A stretch of DNA of 64,000 bases, from NCBI GenBank assembly GCA_028534125.1, contig CM052822.1, positions 78,492,001 to 78,556,000 on the forward strand. The letters are read 5' to 3'. The notes beneath the pieces are model-generated. The model was not told the origin of the DNA and searched no databases. It worked only from the letters and a program-made list of their open reading frames with translations. The position numbers and the translations under genes were made by a program. Position 1 is the stretch's first letter. Each line of letters starts with the position of its first letter. Shown one piece after another: positions 39,601-51,220 of the stretch. The stretch is from Lama glama. Lineage: Eukaryota.

Positions 39601-41687
39601 CATCTAAGGCAGAGACAGCATTCCTCGTACACCGCCAACAGGAAACTGAGGTTGGTACGATCACGATCAAACAAGACCCAGGTGGCTGAGGGAGGAAACA
39701 TGGCAGCATATGCCTTCAGGGGCGACCGTGGCTCCCCTGAGCTGTCCGGAGACAGGATGTGGATTCCAGGATAGGGTAGCAGTCCTCTGGGTAAGGATGG
39801 TGCAGGGAGAGGAGGCTGGGTGAACAGGACCGGGAGCATACACAGGCAGACAAGGCTACCTGAGACCTCAGGTTGGGTCCCCAAATGGGAAAACCGCACT
39901 TCCATCTCACTGTCTGTACGCACAGTTCCTCAGGATTCAGAAGTTAAACCTGTCACCTGGAGTCCTTGAGACAGTCCTAACAATGCCGGGGCCCTACTGT
40001 TGTCCCACATCAAGGCTGCACCCAGGAGGCTCCCTTGGGGCACACAGTGAACAGAGGGGGAATGAGGCACCCCTTCCTCATGACTCAACTGTGCTTGCAG
40101 CCAAAACACCATGGCTGCGTCAGGCAACACGGCCCAGCAGCTGAGCAGCCCTCTCCCTTCACATCCCTCTGTCCCTGGGTTTTCCTTTTTTCCTTTGCTC
40201 CCGCCCTCAGCACCTCCCCCTTCCTCCTTTCTCTCTGATTTCTAAAAAACCGCTGTGAACTGGCAATTACAATGGAGAGAGAGAAGTCGAGGACCAGCCC
40301 CCTCCTCATCCCACTGAAACTGCCTCCCCTAGGAGGCTGACTGGCTGGTGTCAGCTAATCCTGGTCTCTCTGACCTGTGTGCATGTGGAGGGTGGCGTCT
40401 GGCCAGGTGAGCAAACAGCCCTCGCACAAGGTGATATGCCAGTTCATCCAGAGGAAGGAAGGAACACAGCCCAGCAGAATCGGACCAGTGCACTGGTCTG
40501 GGGCAAGGTCCTGGAGGTCAGGGCAGAGTGAGTGAGGCCCCCAGGCCTCCCCAGGTGGGGCTCCCCTGGCAAGGATGACTTGTGCCTGGGGTGGCTCTGA
40601 CAACGTCGCCCAGGATGTCGGGGACAAGAGCAGACACCCACCCCAGGACTCCACCCCAGCAGGCGTGGCTCTCCTCTGGGAGCACCAGCTCTCCCTCAAG
40701 CTGTGCCAGGCTGCCCACCCACCAGGAAGTGCGTGAGGACCCAGGACAGCAAGGGAGAAATTCAGGGCAACTGGCCCATATTGGCCAGAAATCTAGGGAG
40801 GCCGTCTGCCCAACGCTCCCTGCAGTTTGTTTGCTTGGGACTGGGACAGTGAACCCCACGGGAGACCAGAAGGGCAAGGATGGGAGGGGGAGACCGGCTG
40901 AGGAGGCCCCTCTCCCAGCCCTGGACCTGAATTTGACTCAGTCTCGTAACACCTATTATTCTAATCTATTATGTTCAGTAATTCCGGCCTCAAAGCCACG
41001 GAAACGCTGGCGTTTACAGGCGTTATGGTAAACCTCCGAAACAAAAAAAAGATGCGCGCGGAGCGAGGTCCTTGGGGCACAGAACGTTCCCTGGGTGGAA
41101 ATGGTGAAGGCTGTGCCTGAGGGAAGGCGATCCTGGGTTTGTCCCCTCCCTCGTCCTCCCACTCCTGTCACAGAAGGAAAATGTCCGTCTGATTGTGCGG
41201 AGCTGGCCCAGGAGTTCGCGTGGTGACGCGCGGGGAGGAGGCCGCGGAGGACGGCGCGTGGGGCCGAGGCAGCGGGGGAGCCAAGGACCCACGCCCGCGC
41301 GCCCCTCCCAGTCGCCCCAGCCGCGCACGCGGGTCCCTCCTCGCGCGGCCTCCCGGCGCGGCCCGCGGCGCACGCGGCACCAGCACGCGGGGAGCGCACC
41401 CACGCAGCGCGCGTCCCCGCCGCCCCGCGGCCCCCGAGGGGCAGCGAACTGCTGCCGCGCGCGCGCGCCGGGAGCACCCGCGGCCCCCGCGCCCCCCGCG
41501 CCCCTCCCCCACCTCCACTCACTCCCGAGACGCCCCCGCCCCATTCACGCAGGCGCCCCTCCCCCACCCCTCCCCCTCGCTACCTGGGCGCCCCACGCCC
41601 CCTTCTCTCACCGAGAGCCCCTCGCCCCCGCCCCCTCACTCGGGCGCCCATCCCCCACCTCGACCCCCGACTCCGACCCCCACTCAC

Positions 41688-41799
41688 CGAGCAGCCCCGG
41701 GAGCGGGCGGGCGCGGGGCGCGGGCGCGGGGGCGGCGGGCGGGGCGCGCGGCAGCAGCAGAAGCAGCAGCAGCAGCGGGAGCGCGAGCGGCGGCCCCAT
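41688..41799 (-). CDS. PTPRN2: PTPRN2 coding exon 1 (112 nt), signal peptide
   Basis: ATG at 41799 in context gccaacATGG encodes [37 protein letters not shown] plus 1 nt, followed by donor G|GTGAGT at 41687. It matches recalled human [38 protein letters not shown] and lies in a CpG island. Confidence 0.95.
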
Positions 41800-41810
41800 G
41801 TTGGCGGCGC

Positions 41811-41819
41811 TCAGTCCAT
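41811..41819 (-). promoter_or_regulatory. Minimal upstream ORF (ATG GAC TGA) just upstream of the PTPRN2 start codon
   Basis: Minus strand GCCGCC-ATG-GAC-TGA-GCGCCGCCAAC-ATG: perfect Kozak context, out of frame with the CDS, ending 11 nt before it. Confidence 0.8.
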
Positions 41820-41858
41820 GGCGGCCGCTCCTCCCCGCGCTCCCGGCGCTGCCGCGGC

Positions 41859-41877
41859 TTCAGCACCGGACAGCGCC
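41859..41877 (+). promoter_or_regulatory. RE1/NRSE (REST)-like element lacking the 2-nt spacer
   Basis: TTCAGCACC-GGACAGCGCC compared with canonical TTCAGCACC-AC-GGACAGCGCC; both half-sites are exact. Confidence 0.7.
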
Positions 41878-41883
41878 GACGGC

Positions 41884-41960
41884 CCCGCCCCCGCCGCGCC
41901 CGGCCCCGCCCCCGACACGCCCAGTCCCGCCCCCGCCGCGCCCGGCCCCGCCCCCGACAC
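41884..41960. repeat. Duplicated 35-bp GC-box block (period 42)
   Basis: cccgcccccgccgcgcccggccccgcccccgacac at 41884-41918 and 41926-41960. Confidence 0.9.
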
Positions 41961-44900
41961 TCGGCGCAGCTCGCAGGTCCCGCCGCCGGCACGCGGTGCT
42001 CCCCGCAGGTCCTAACCCCCACCCGGACCCCCCCCTCAACAGGGGAGAGGTCCGCGCCACCAGCTCCGGCCCTCCCAGCTCCTCCGCGGCGTCTGGGGGC
42101 GCCCAGCCCCCCCGGGCCCCGCCCCTCGCCTCCTGCCGCCCCTGGGGGCTCGGAGCCTCTCCTCCCCCGCAGGTTCCTCGGCCCCTCTCAACCTGCAGGG
42201 CCCCGGCACCCCACCCACCCCGGTTACCCCCCCCCGCCCCCGCCCTTCCCGCCAGGTCCCATGGAGTCACACTGCCCTGCCGGCCACCCCTCCTCATGGC
42301 CAAGTCAGAAGTGCACTTGCAGCGTGGGCAGCGCGTGCCCCCCACCCCGGAGAGGGAAGGGCCGTGGGAGCCTAACCTGGGGGGGTCAGTGGGGATGGAG
42401 CTGCGGCGTGGGAGCCACCCCGGTCCAGAGGTCCAGTCCTCGGGGTCTGGAACCCACCGTGGGCATACTGCCGACTCAGGTCAGCTGGGGGCCCTTCTCT
42501 CCTCCCGTGGCTGGCCCTCTGCTGGTCCCTGTCCGAGGCTCCAGCCAGGGGCGCTGGGGACCTCGTGCTCCTCCCAAGGAACTTCTACTAACTGGAGACC
42601 TGGGCATGGAAGGGGTCCTTCAGTGGATGGGGGCTGTGTGTCAGCAGACAGTGTGTGAGTGTGGCTGGCAGGTGAGGATGAGGGTGGCTGTGCTGCGCGT
42701 CCCACACACCCTACCGCAGGCTCGTCCCCTCCGTCACCCCTTGCCTGCTTCAGCGTCTGGCTCCCCAGCCTCGTCTGACCCCAGGTCAGCTCCCATTCCC
42801 ATGGTGCCTCCGGCAGGCTTCCCGCAGCCTTCCCGGAGCTTCCCCACCCTGACAAGGCTGGGCTGTGCAGGCTTTGGGGCTGGGCCTGTCCATCCCACAG
42901 TTCCCAGGCCCCTCCCACCCACCCTGTTCAACAGTCTCAGTGCCTGCACCCAAAAAAGCAGTCCTGCTCCTGTGTCTCCCCTGGCCTGACAGGTGGGCAG
43001 GGAGCCTATCTTTGACCCAGATGGAGGTCCACTCTGCAGGGACACCGTCCTCCCTGGGAGGCAGCAGCCGCCTTCATCCTCGTGTTCCCACGCTCTGTTC
43101 CCCATCCCACAAGGTGGGGGGAAAGCACAGTGAATGGGCTTTTTGCAGACGGTTTGTTTAATCAGCACGTTATTTTCAGCAGCCAGACTTGGGTCAGCAC
43201 CGCGGGGGTCTCACCTCAAACCAGATGTGCCTCCCGGCGTAGAGTACGTCAGTGAGATGACTCACCCGAAGACTTGTCTGAGAAAGGCCACCAGCCTTCG
43301 TTGCTCAGCTCCGCTGAGCACTCCGCCAACCACCGTGTGAGCACACGGGGCCCACCCCAAGCACGGGCTCCCAGCTGAGATACAGCCCAGTGAAGGCTGG
43401 AGGCTGCCGGACAAGTCTGTCCTCTGAGTCCGGAGAGCCGACCAGAGACATGTTTGCTGGCAAAACAGTAGGGAAAGAAAGGAAATGAGGTCAAGGTGGG
43501 CTCGAGGGCAGGCCCTGCAGTGGTTCAGGGGTACGAGGGCAGGAGGAGAAAGGGCTCAGTGTGATACCCGCCGCCACCTCCACTCCTGTAGATGCGGTCT
43601 ACATCATCAGTCACCTGCCCGACTTCGAGGGGCTGCGCCCTGCCCACACGGACGCCACTGGGGCCACCCTGGGCACATCCGAGGGCATTCACGGCGGCCG
43701 GCCGTCGTGAGGCACCCAGAGGAGCCAGGGCCCCTCCTGAGCCTGAACTCGCAGGGCTGTTTACTTTCAGGGCGGGCGCCTCCTTCCTGGGCATTGTTAC
43801 AGGGGCTCTGAGGAAGGGCCTGGGACTGTTTGTCCTTTCCTTGTTTGACTAGCTGCTGCCAACAAGGGTTTCTGGAACCTGGTCCTGTGTCACCCCTCGC
43901 CCCAGCTTCAGGACGCTGACACGACCCCAGGAAGGGGAAGCGGGAATCGGAGGTACAGGACGGATGCGAGAACACCACAGCGACGAGGCTCGGGGAGAAG
44001 TCCAGAACCCACGACAGGGGCAGGGAAGGGCACCCCGCTGTGACCACAGCAGACCTGTGCTGGGCGCTGCGCCACCTGCCACAGGGCCGAGCTAGCCAAC
44101 CAGACAGAGGAGCTAACAGCAGAGAAATGGAGCATGAGGGAGGGAGGGAGGGAGGAGAGGAATCTCGTGCAGAGGAACAGGCCGGTTCCAGAGGCAGCCC
44201 AGACTTCAGCGGGCAGGGGCTGTGCGCAGGTGTCCCCTGTGCTGGACCCAACACACAGGTGTATGTGCGTGTGAGAACGTGTCTGGATGCTGTACAAGGC
44301 ACACAGACGCTCACACACATGCTCACTCCCTGGGCCCTTTTGGTCGGGGGGCCTCTCTCCTTATGAAAGTATCCAGTCTGTCATTGTTGCGCTTGCTAAT
44401 GCTTCTAATATGCAGCCACGGTCTGCATGGGATGCGGTTGCACAGGTTAGGCAAGAACATATTTGCAGTCACAGGCCAAGGAATGACTCTTCCAAGATTT
44501 TCAAGGTCCTTGAGCCATGTGTCCCCTCAGGGCCCCACCTGAGGACGACCCTGCTCAGGGCTCACATCCCAGCCCCGAGCACACCAGCTCTGTGGCCTCA
44601 TGTTGCCGAGCGGTAACAGATCAAGCTGAGGGTTCTGACTGTGTCAGTCAGGGCTCGGGACAACTTCGGAGCTGACCGGAACAACCCTGACGTCTGATTA
44701 GGGCCAGAAAGTGTTCAGAGTGGGAAGCCAGCCATCACCCCAACTCTGCTGAAAAACATGGCACAGCCACAGCTGACTTGCTGGGACAGTGGCCGTGGAA
44801 ACCGTGGGAGTGGGGCTCAGATATGAGTCACAAGGCTGTTCTGCATGAGCAGCACCAACTGTGTCCTCCCTCTGGTCAGGGGCGCTTGGTGTGCTGGGCT

Positions 44901-45879
44901 GGGATGCCCACTGTGTTTCCCCTTCATCAGGAGCAGTTTTGCTAGGCCCAGGAGAAGGGGCCTCTGATGGGCCCTTTGGCCGCCAGCCTGGGACAGTCAC
45001 AGAGCCCATCTCGAGGGCAGGAGCAAACCGTTCCCATCCCGTCCTGCAGGGGCCGGGGCCCCACGAGACTGCCCACGCTCAGCAAGGGATGTCACCCACC
45101 ACTCCCAGTGCACCCTGCCTCCCTCCCCTCTGCAGCACCTCCCTGGCCCCTGAGTAACGGCTCGGTCCCCTGCCAAGTGCCGCCAGACTCCAGGCCACAG
45201 CCCCAGAGTGGGGAGAGGGGAGCTGCACCCTACAGCTCGGAGGAATCCGGGTGAGCATGTAGGGGCCACATTATCGCACTTTGCCAGCCAGACAAGGGGC
45301 AGGAGTTGAGGCTAACCCGGTATGGCATGGGGCTGGTGTCCGTCCCCTCATGGCCAGCAGCAGTCAAGCTGGTCTTTCTGGGAATTCTCCCCGGACACGG
45401 GACACGTGTCCATCAGGACACGCATGATGGGTTCAGGCTTGCATGAGGCCAGGCAGGCGCTCTGTCCTAGAGCTGGGGGCCGAGTGACACGGGCTGGAGA
45501 CACAGAGCTGACCCTGGCCTGCCTGGCAGCTCTGGAGCCAGGCACCCCGGCCCGCACCTGCATCTCCAGCCCTGGGGGGCCTCTGCCTCCTACAGCCCTT
45601 GGCTTCGCCTGGCTTCCCGGTGCCTGTCAGTTGCTCCACTGAAAGGTGGCTCAGCCTCAGGTTCCTTATTATTAATTTTTTCAGTAAATAAGTGGTTTAT
45701 ACTCTCCACTCCATGTTCAAAATGTGGTGTGTTCACTTACACTCACTCACTCCTCAGAACCACACACATGGTGCTGCTTGGCTAACACCCTTTGAATGAG
45801 CTGCTTCAGGCTTCATCTCCAAAACCAACTCTGAGCTACTTCCTTTGAACTCTCCAGGCTCTGGCTACACCATCTCCCC

Positions 45880-46040
45880 TTTTTTTTTATAATTTTATTT
45901 TTTAATTGAAATATGGTTGATTTCCAATGTTGGGTTAGTTTCAGATGTACAGCAAAATGATTCAGTTACATGTACAACCTTCCAGATTCTTTTCCATCGT
46001 AGGCTATTACAAGGCGCTGACTGTGGGTCCCTGTGCCGCC
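45880..46040 (-). mobile_element. Truncated L1 3' end
   Basis: Poly-T followed by ttaattgaaatatggttgatttccaatgttgggttagtttcagatgtacagcaaaatgattcagt...aggctattacaag. Confidence 0.8.
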
Positions 46041-46312
46041 CAGGTGTTTTCTGCATAGCCGTGTGCAAGAGTCCTTGTTGTTAATAGACGGTGTCAGTGG
46101 TTGGTGAGAGAAACGCCTCATAACGAGGGGAGGCACCAACAGCAGCCAGGCGACCCACCTCCGGGAGGGACTGAGCTGGGGGAGATCCTGACGTCCTCCC
46201 AGGATGCCAGGCCAGTGCGGGGTGGACTCAGGGTGGCCCAGGGAGGAAGCTCCGGGGTCAGTGCCTGCGGTGGTGCCCAGACCTCTCCAGAGCAAGGGCT
46301 CAGCCGGGTGCT

Positions 46313-46838
46313 TGCTGCAGGGAAGAACAAATCTGACTCCAAGTTGGATCAGCTTCGTTCGCTTTAACCTTTTTATTCTGTTTCTTTTGCTACAAATTAA
46401 TGACTAAGGGGCTGTTGTTGCCTGCAAGCCTCAAGCAGACACAGCCGCCCACCTCCAGGAACCCTGCCTCCCGGGGGATGAGCGCTGAGCTGAAACACCT
46501 GTTTAGCTCACAGGACGCATCCTGCCAAGGGCCCCCTGTGAATGACCAGGAAGGAAGAAATTAAGACCTCCCCTCGGAGTCTGGAATCTGCCTGCAACCA
46601 GGAAACACTTGCAACAATTTATTACCCTTTTCTTTTAACTTTACCTCCTCACCCCCACTCCTTGTTCTGTAAAAGAAAGAACGTCCAAACCTGGGGAGGA
46701 CGGTTCTCTGGGACACTGTCCACCACCTTCTCAGTCTGCTGGATTTCTGAATAAAGTCGCTATTCCTTGTCCCGACAACCTGCCTCACGACTTAGTGGCC
46801 GGTCGTGCAGCGTGCAGGACGAGCTTGGACTTGGTACA
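46313..46838 (+). mobile_element. Solo ERV1 LTR (artiodactyl MER41-like), 526 bp
   Basis: TG...CA termini; starts tgctgcagggaagaacaaatctgactcc; AATAAA at 46750-46755; exact 4-bp TSD TGCT at 46309-46312 and 46839-46842. Confidence 0.85.
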
Positions 46839-48339
46839 TGCTGACTGGTTGCTCTTAGGGTGTCGATTCCAGAGGTTTTGGCAACCCGAAGGCTGCATGT
46901 TAATTCGGTGCTGTTTTTTCACTCAGAGGAAGTCAGAGGCCGCAGGCATCAGCCCTCCTTCTCCCGAATGTGAACCTGGCGGAGTCACCTTCTTCCGACA
47001 GGCTGGGTGTTCTAGGTGGACAGGCGGCACATGAGGGCCGCCTGGCTGGAAGTGCCCTGGCAAAGCAGCAGGGACACCACGTGAGGCTCGGGCGCTGCCC
47101 TCAGCCCGGGGCCACCCACCGTCATCTGCTCCCCAAGTGACCTGGGCCCACAGGGACCACGTCTTCTTCAGACCAGCTCTGCTCTGGGCTGGGCTGGGAG
47201 CTGGGCGTCTGCAGTCTGATGTGTCCACCTCCTTTGGCCACTTCCCATCAGAGGGCTGAGGGTTGCTGTTTGGGTTTCGGAACTGGACTTTGCTCAGAGC
47301 GAGGCTTCATTCACAAGGACAGTGCCCTGATGTCTCCACTTCGTCTACTAGCCTAAGGCTCACAGAGGACCCAACAAGCCGTAACCCATTAACCTGCAGT
47401 CCCCTTTGGAGAGGCAAGTGTCTCTCTGATCAGACGGAGCAGACGTGAGAACACAGCAGGTGGGAGGTTAAAGTCCTAAGCAGAATTGAATGATGCTGAT
47501 TGAGGTAAACGAAAACCAAATCAACACAGATCTGCATCTGATCTGGACTCCCAACAGGTGGCGTCTGAGAACCAGTAACCTGGAGTGGTTGGAGGAAATC
47601 CCAATTTGAATGTCATGCACCCTCACCTCCATTTACAATTAAAACCGGAATGCCGCCACCTGAGTGCCACCTTGGCGACAGCAGCACGTGGGAATTCTCA
47701 GCAGGCAGGTCTCCTCGGCTGGCACCCACCCAGCGGGACGCTGCCGTGCACGGGGTGGCTGTCAAGTCCGTCCCCCAAAAAGGGCGAGGGGAAGCATTCG
47801 CTGTCTCCTCCTGCATCTCAGAGGTGCTTCACATCTGATACCTTGCTGATGTGAAATGATTGCTGTTGTTACTCAGATTTCAGAGATAAAGAAAGTGTCG
47901 CAGCTACCAAGAGGCTAAACCAATATGTCAGGCCAGGTTTAACTTCAAAGCCAGGCTAGAACGTCCCCAGGGGTGACGCACAGAACTCCAGACTTGAGAA
48001 GCTCCTGGCACAGAAACTTTCTAGGAGAGTGGGTTGTGTTCAAGGACCACAAGAACAAACCTGAAGGGGCAATAAAAAGTGCCTGCCATGGGTCCATCCG
48101 CATCAGACATAAATGCACTCATTCATGACGATCCCATTGGGGGCTTTTAGGGGTTTCTGGGGCACCAAGCCGTTCTCCTAAAAACCGGTGAAGTAAAGGA
48201 ATCAAAGTGTTCACCCTGACTTTTCCATGAATAAAATTTGAGAGTAACCAAGTGGTTACTGAAGGAAAGTTCTTTGCAGGAAAAAATCCAGGTGATCAAT
48301 GCAAAGAATGATAGAGTCCCAAAACCACCGCCGTGCGGC

Positions 48340-48755
48340 TCCTGGTAAAATAGCAGCTCAGGAGAACACCACTCGGATGCTGGCAATGGAAAGGAGCCAG
48401 GGCATCATCAGCGTGGCAAAGGAAGGGCTCTCCCCTGTCTCCCCAGCAGAGAACGTCGATGCAGACAAGGGAGCCTCCGCGGGAGTCCAGGAGTCCACTG
48501 GGGAGTCCAACACGCTGCTGGGGCAAAGACGCACGTCATCTCACGCCATCAAATCAAAGACAGGCCACACGCCCTGTGCCGACGAAGATGCCAGCAGTGG
48601 GTGCCCCTTGAGGGAGGGGCTGGGGCTTTCCGGGTGACAGGGATGTTCTAGCCTTGAGTGGACTAGGACTATGTGGTTGAGTATATTTTTCAAATCTCAT
48701 CAAAAGGTACACTTAAGATCGTTGTGTTTCACTGAATGTAAATTACTCAGGTTTT
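48340..48755 (+). mobile_element. Ancient L1 (L1MC/L1ME-like) 3' end
   Basis: gggatgttctagccttga...caaatctcatcaaaaggtacacttaagat...ttcactgaatgtaaatta. Confidence 0.6.
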
Positions 48756-48767
48756 AAAACACAATAC

Positions 48768-48892
48768 CAAAGTATGAAAACAAATACATGTGTGTATGCA
48801 AGACTGGGACACTGTGCTGTGCACCAGAAACTGGTACATTGTGACCGACTGCACTCCAATAAAAAAATACACTTTTTATAAAAAAAATAAAA
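48768..48892 (+). mobile_element. Short, younger L1 3' end
   Basis: actgggacactgtgctgtgcaccagaaactggtacattgtgaccgactgcactccaataaaaaa followed by an A-rich tail. Confidence 0.7.
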
Positions 48893-50469
48893 TGTACACT
48901 AACATAATCAAAAAAATAAAACTAAAAAGCAATCCCAGCTTCTCTGAACTCAGACGTCTGTGCTCCTGCAATGACTCGAACTATGGCGGTGGAGACCCCC
49001 ACCACCACCTCCCCTGGCGTGGCCCGCGTGGGGACAGGTCGTGGGGAAGATGCAGGTTGTCCTCACGACCATGACAGGGTGCTTGTGAAAGGACACGAGG
49101 CCCGGGGCTGGCGCGGCCCACAGCAGTGGAGAGGTACTTCTGAGACAGTGTCAGGATGTGGAGGCAAACTTTCTGACCATTTGCTGGATAAACCTAAAAG
49201 CTGCCAATTTTGTGAGGTCGTAAGTCAAGAGATTTTCCAGCTACAAGACAGACTGCTTGTCCATTTGCCTGAACCCGAGCAGGCCCGAGGTTCCATGCAG
49301 ACTGGGAGCCTGCCCTCCTACAGTGTCTGCCTGACACACTTTGTCCAGAGGCAGGACAGCCATCTGCCCACGCCAGTGACGGCTTCTGGAGGCCAGAGTC
49401 CCAGAAAACTGGGCTGAGGCCGAGGAAAGCTTTTAGGTTCAGGTGTGAAGGGAAACCGCTCTGCGTTTGCTGCGCAAACCCGTGGGCTGCCAGTTCCTGC
49501 TGACCCCCGGCCAGGGTCTCCCACAGGAGCACACGCCAGTGCCTCGCGGGCAGAAGCTCCTAGGCAGACACTGGTGTCAGAGCACAGAGAAACCCGAATT
49601 AGGAAACTTCGCCTTGCTCGGAGAAAACACCAAACAGGCCTGCAGCATGACGGAGAAGGCAACAGGAGACTAGCAAGACAGCCGCAGAAATTAACCCATT
49701 TTCAGAAATGTCCTGTTTTCTGGAGGAAGCGTGATTTGGTCCCAAGTTAGCCACAGAAGGTGTCGTGACACCCAGGAGACTAGGCAGACGTGGAAGCACA
49801 TTCCTGGGCCCTCCGGGGGGCACTGGCTCAGGCGTGGGGGGCAAGGAGCTGAGCCCCAGGAGCCCCGGATGTGGCCCCAGGGCCCTCTGGGGAGACACTA
49901 GGCAAGTCACATCCTTCTTTCTGGGGACCTGACCTCTCAGTCACTCTTGGCTCCAGTCTGGGACCTGGGCAAACGACTGTGACTTCTCACTGGGGCCACT
50001 TCCCTGAGGCAATCATCCTGGACTTATGTGCTGCACAGACTATTGTGGGACGCCCTGTCCAGGGACCCTCTCCCTGCCTCTTGGGCAGGAACAAGGCCTC
50101 TGATCTGCCCGTCTGATGACCACTCACCACCAGCAGGTCCTACTGTTCAGGGTCCTGTGACCCATGGCCGTCAGCTGGGGAGCCCCCGGGCCTGCTCTGG
50201 GACACCGGGGCCTGTGCCCGGGGCAGGCTTCTGGCCTGTGCACACAGCCCTGCAGTGGGTTTTCTGGCCTCACAAGGTGTCCACACGCACACCCATCTGA
50301 GCCTCCCCCATGTCTGCAGGCAACCGTCGCACCTTCACTCCACGCAGCCAGTGCGTCCCCCAGGCTCCTCAGGGCCGCCCGTGGGCACGTGTGCGCGGCT
50401 GCGTCCCAGGCGATAACACTTCTGTCCCCAGGGGCACCTTTGCTTTCCCCCACTCCCTCACGTAGATTT

Positions 50470-50715
50470 TGTTTCTTTCAATTTTTGTCAAATACTAAAT
50501 ACAAAAGAATGTTTGTAACACACATAAGGCAGAGAGACTAACAGAACTATTTCTAGTTTAAGAAACATTTCTGTCACTGCCTTTGGAGACTCCTAACTGT
50601 CCTCTCATAAGCAGTGTTCTGGCTTTTGTCTTTATTTTTCCCTTGTTTGTCAATATATTACCATCGCACATGTGAGCATAAGCAATACAGTGCTCAGTTT
50701 TGCATGTTTTAAACC
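50470..50715 (-). mobile_element. L1ME-like 3' fragment
   Basis: ttctggcttttgtctttatttttcccttg...aagcaatacagtgctcagttttgcatgttttaaac. Confidence 0.5.
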
Positions 50716-50909
50716 TGCTCCCCAGTGAAGTAGGAGTTATGGCCCCGGCTCCCATGGCCGCCTGCCCTCCCCGCAGAGAATCTGAGCCGTCCCCTCCTTG
50801 CTGTCACAGACCTGAAGCTCCACGTCCCGACTCCGCGTCCCCACGCACGTGCAGGGGCTTCTAAGGGTGTATGCCTCCGACAGGACTTTATCACCTATTC
50901 TGGCCTAAC

Positions 50910-51220
50910 AGAAACTGAATTATATTTGTTGACAAATTGGACGATTTCACACATCAAGATAAGAGATAAAAGAAAACCTGACTACTCTGAAAACTTGTAT
51001 GCAAATTAAAAAGCCAATTAACCGCCTCCCACAAAGAAAACAAACACCAAGCTCACAGTTTTAGCTGAGTGCCACACGTCCAAGGAACTATTTCTCGTCT
51101 TGCACAAACTCCCCCAGGAGCACAGAAAGAACACGCCTCGGTTCATCTCATGAGGTTTGCCTGTTCTTGACACAAACAAGGCAAGAGCAAGAAAGGAAAA
51201 AACCACAAATTCACCAATAT
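50910..51220 (+). mobile_element. Degenerate L1 ORF2 fragment
   Basis: ctcccacaaagaaaacaaacacc...tcttgcacaaactcccccagg...ttcatctcatgagg resembles L1 ORF2 nucleotide sequence. Confidence 0.5.

Larger units (their letters stand above)
2137..41687 (-). other. PTPRN2: PTPRN2 intron 1 (39,551 nt)
   Basis: Bounded by GTGAGT at 41687 and a polypyrimidine-CAG acceptor at 2137; phases of the flanking exons are compatible. Confidence 0.9.
41190..42350. promoter_or_regulatory. PTPRN2: CpG-island promoter of PTPRN2 with four GC boxes
   Basis: Very high GC and CpG density around exon 1; CCCGCCCC boxes clustered at 41883-41955; no TATA box seen. Boundaries approximate. Confidence 0.9.

Noticed and set aside
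2137-41687. Intronic microRNA such as human MIR595
   Set aside because: I could not recognise a matching sequence or a long hairpin by eye; an Infernal or miRBase search would be needed.
41193-42989. 598-aa and 487-aa plus-strand ORFs
   Set aside because: Low-complexity Pro/Arg/Ala/Gly products from a stop-poor CpG island, antisense to PTPRN2 exon 1, with no recognisable domain.
48299-48637. 112-aa ORF with protein-like composition
   Set aside because: Overlaps a degenerate L1 3' region; no evidence of a gene.
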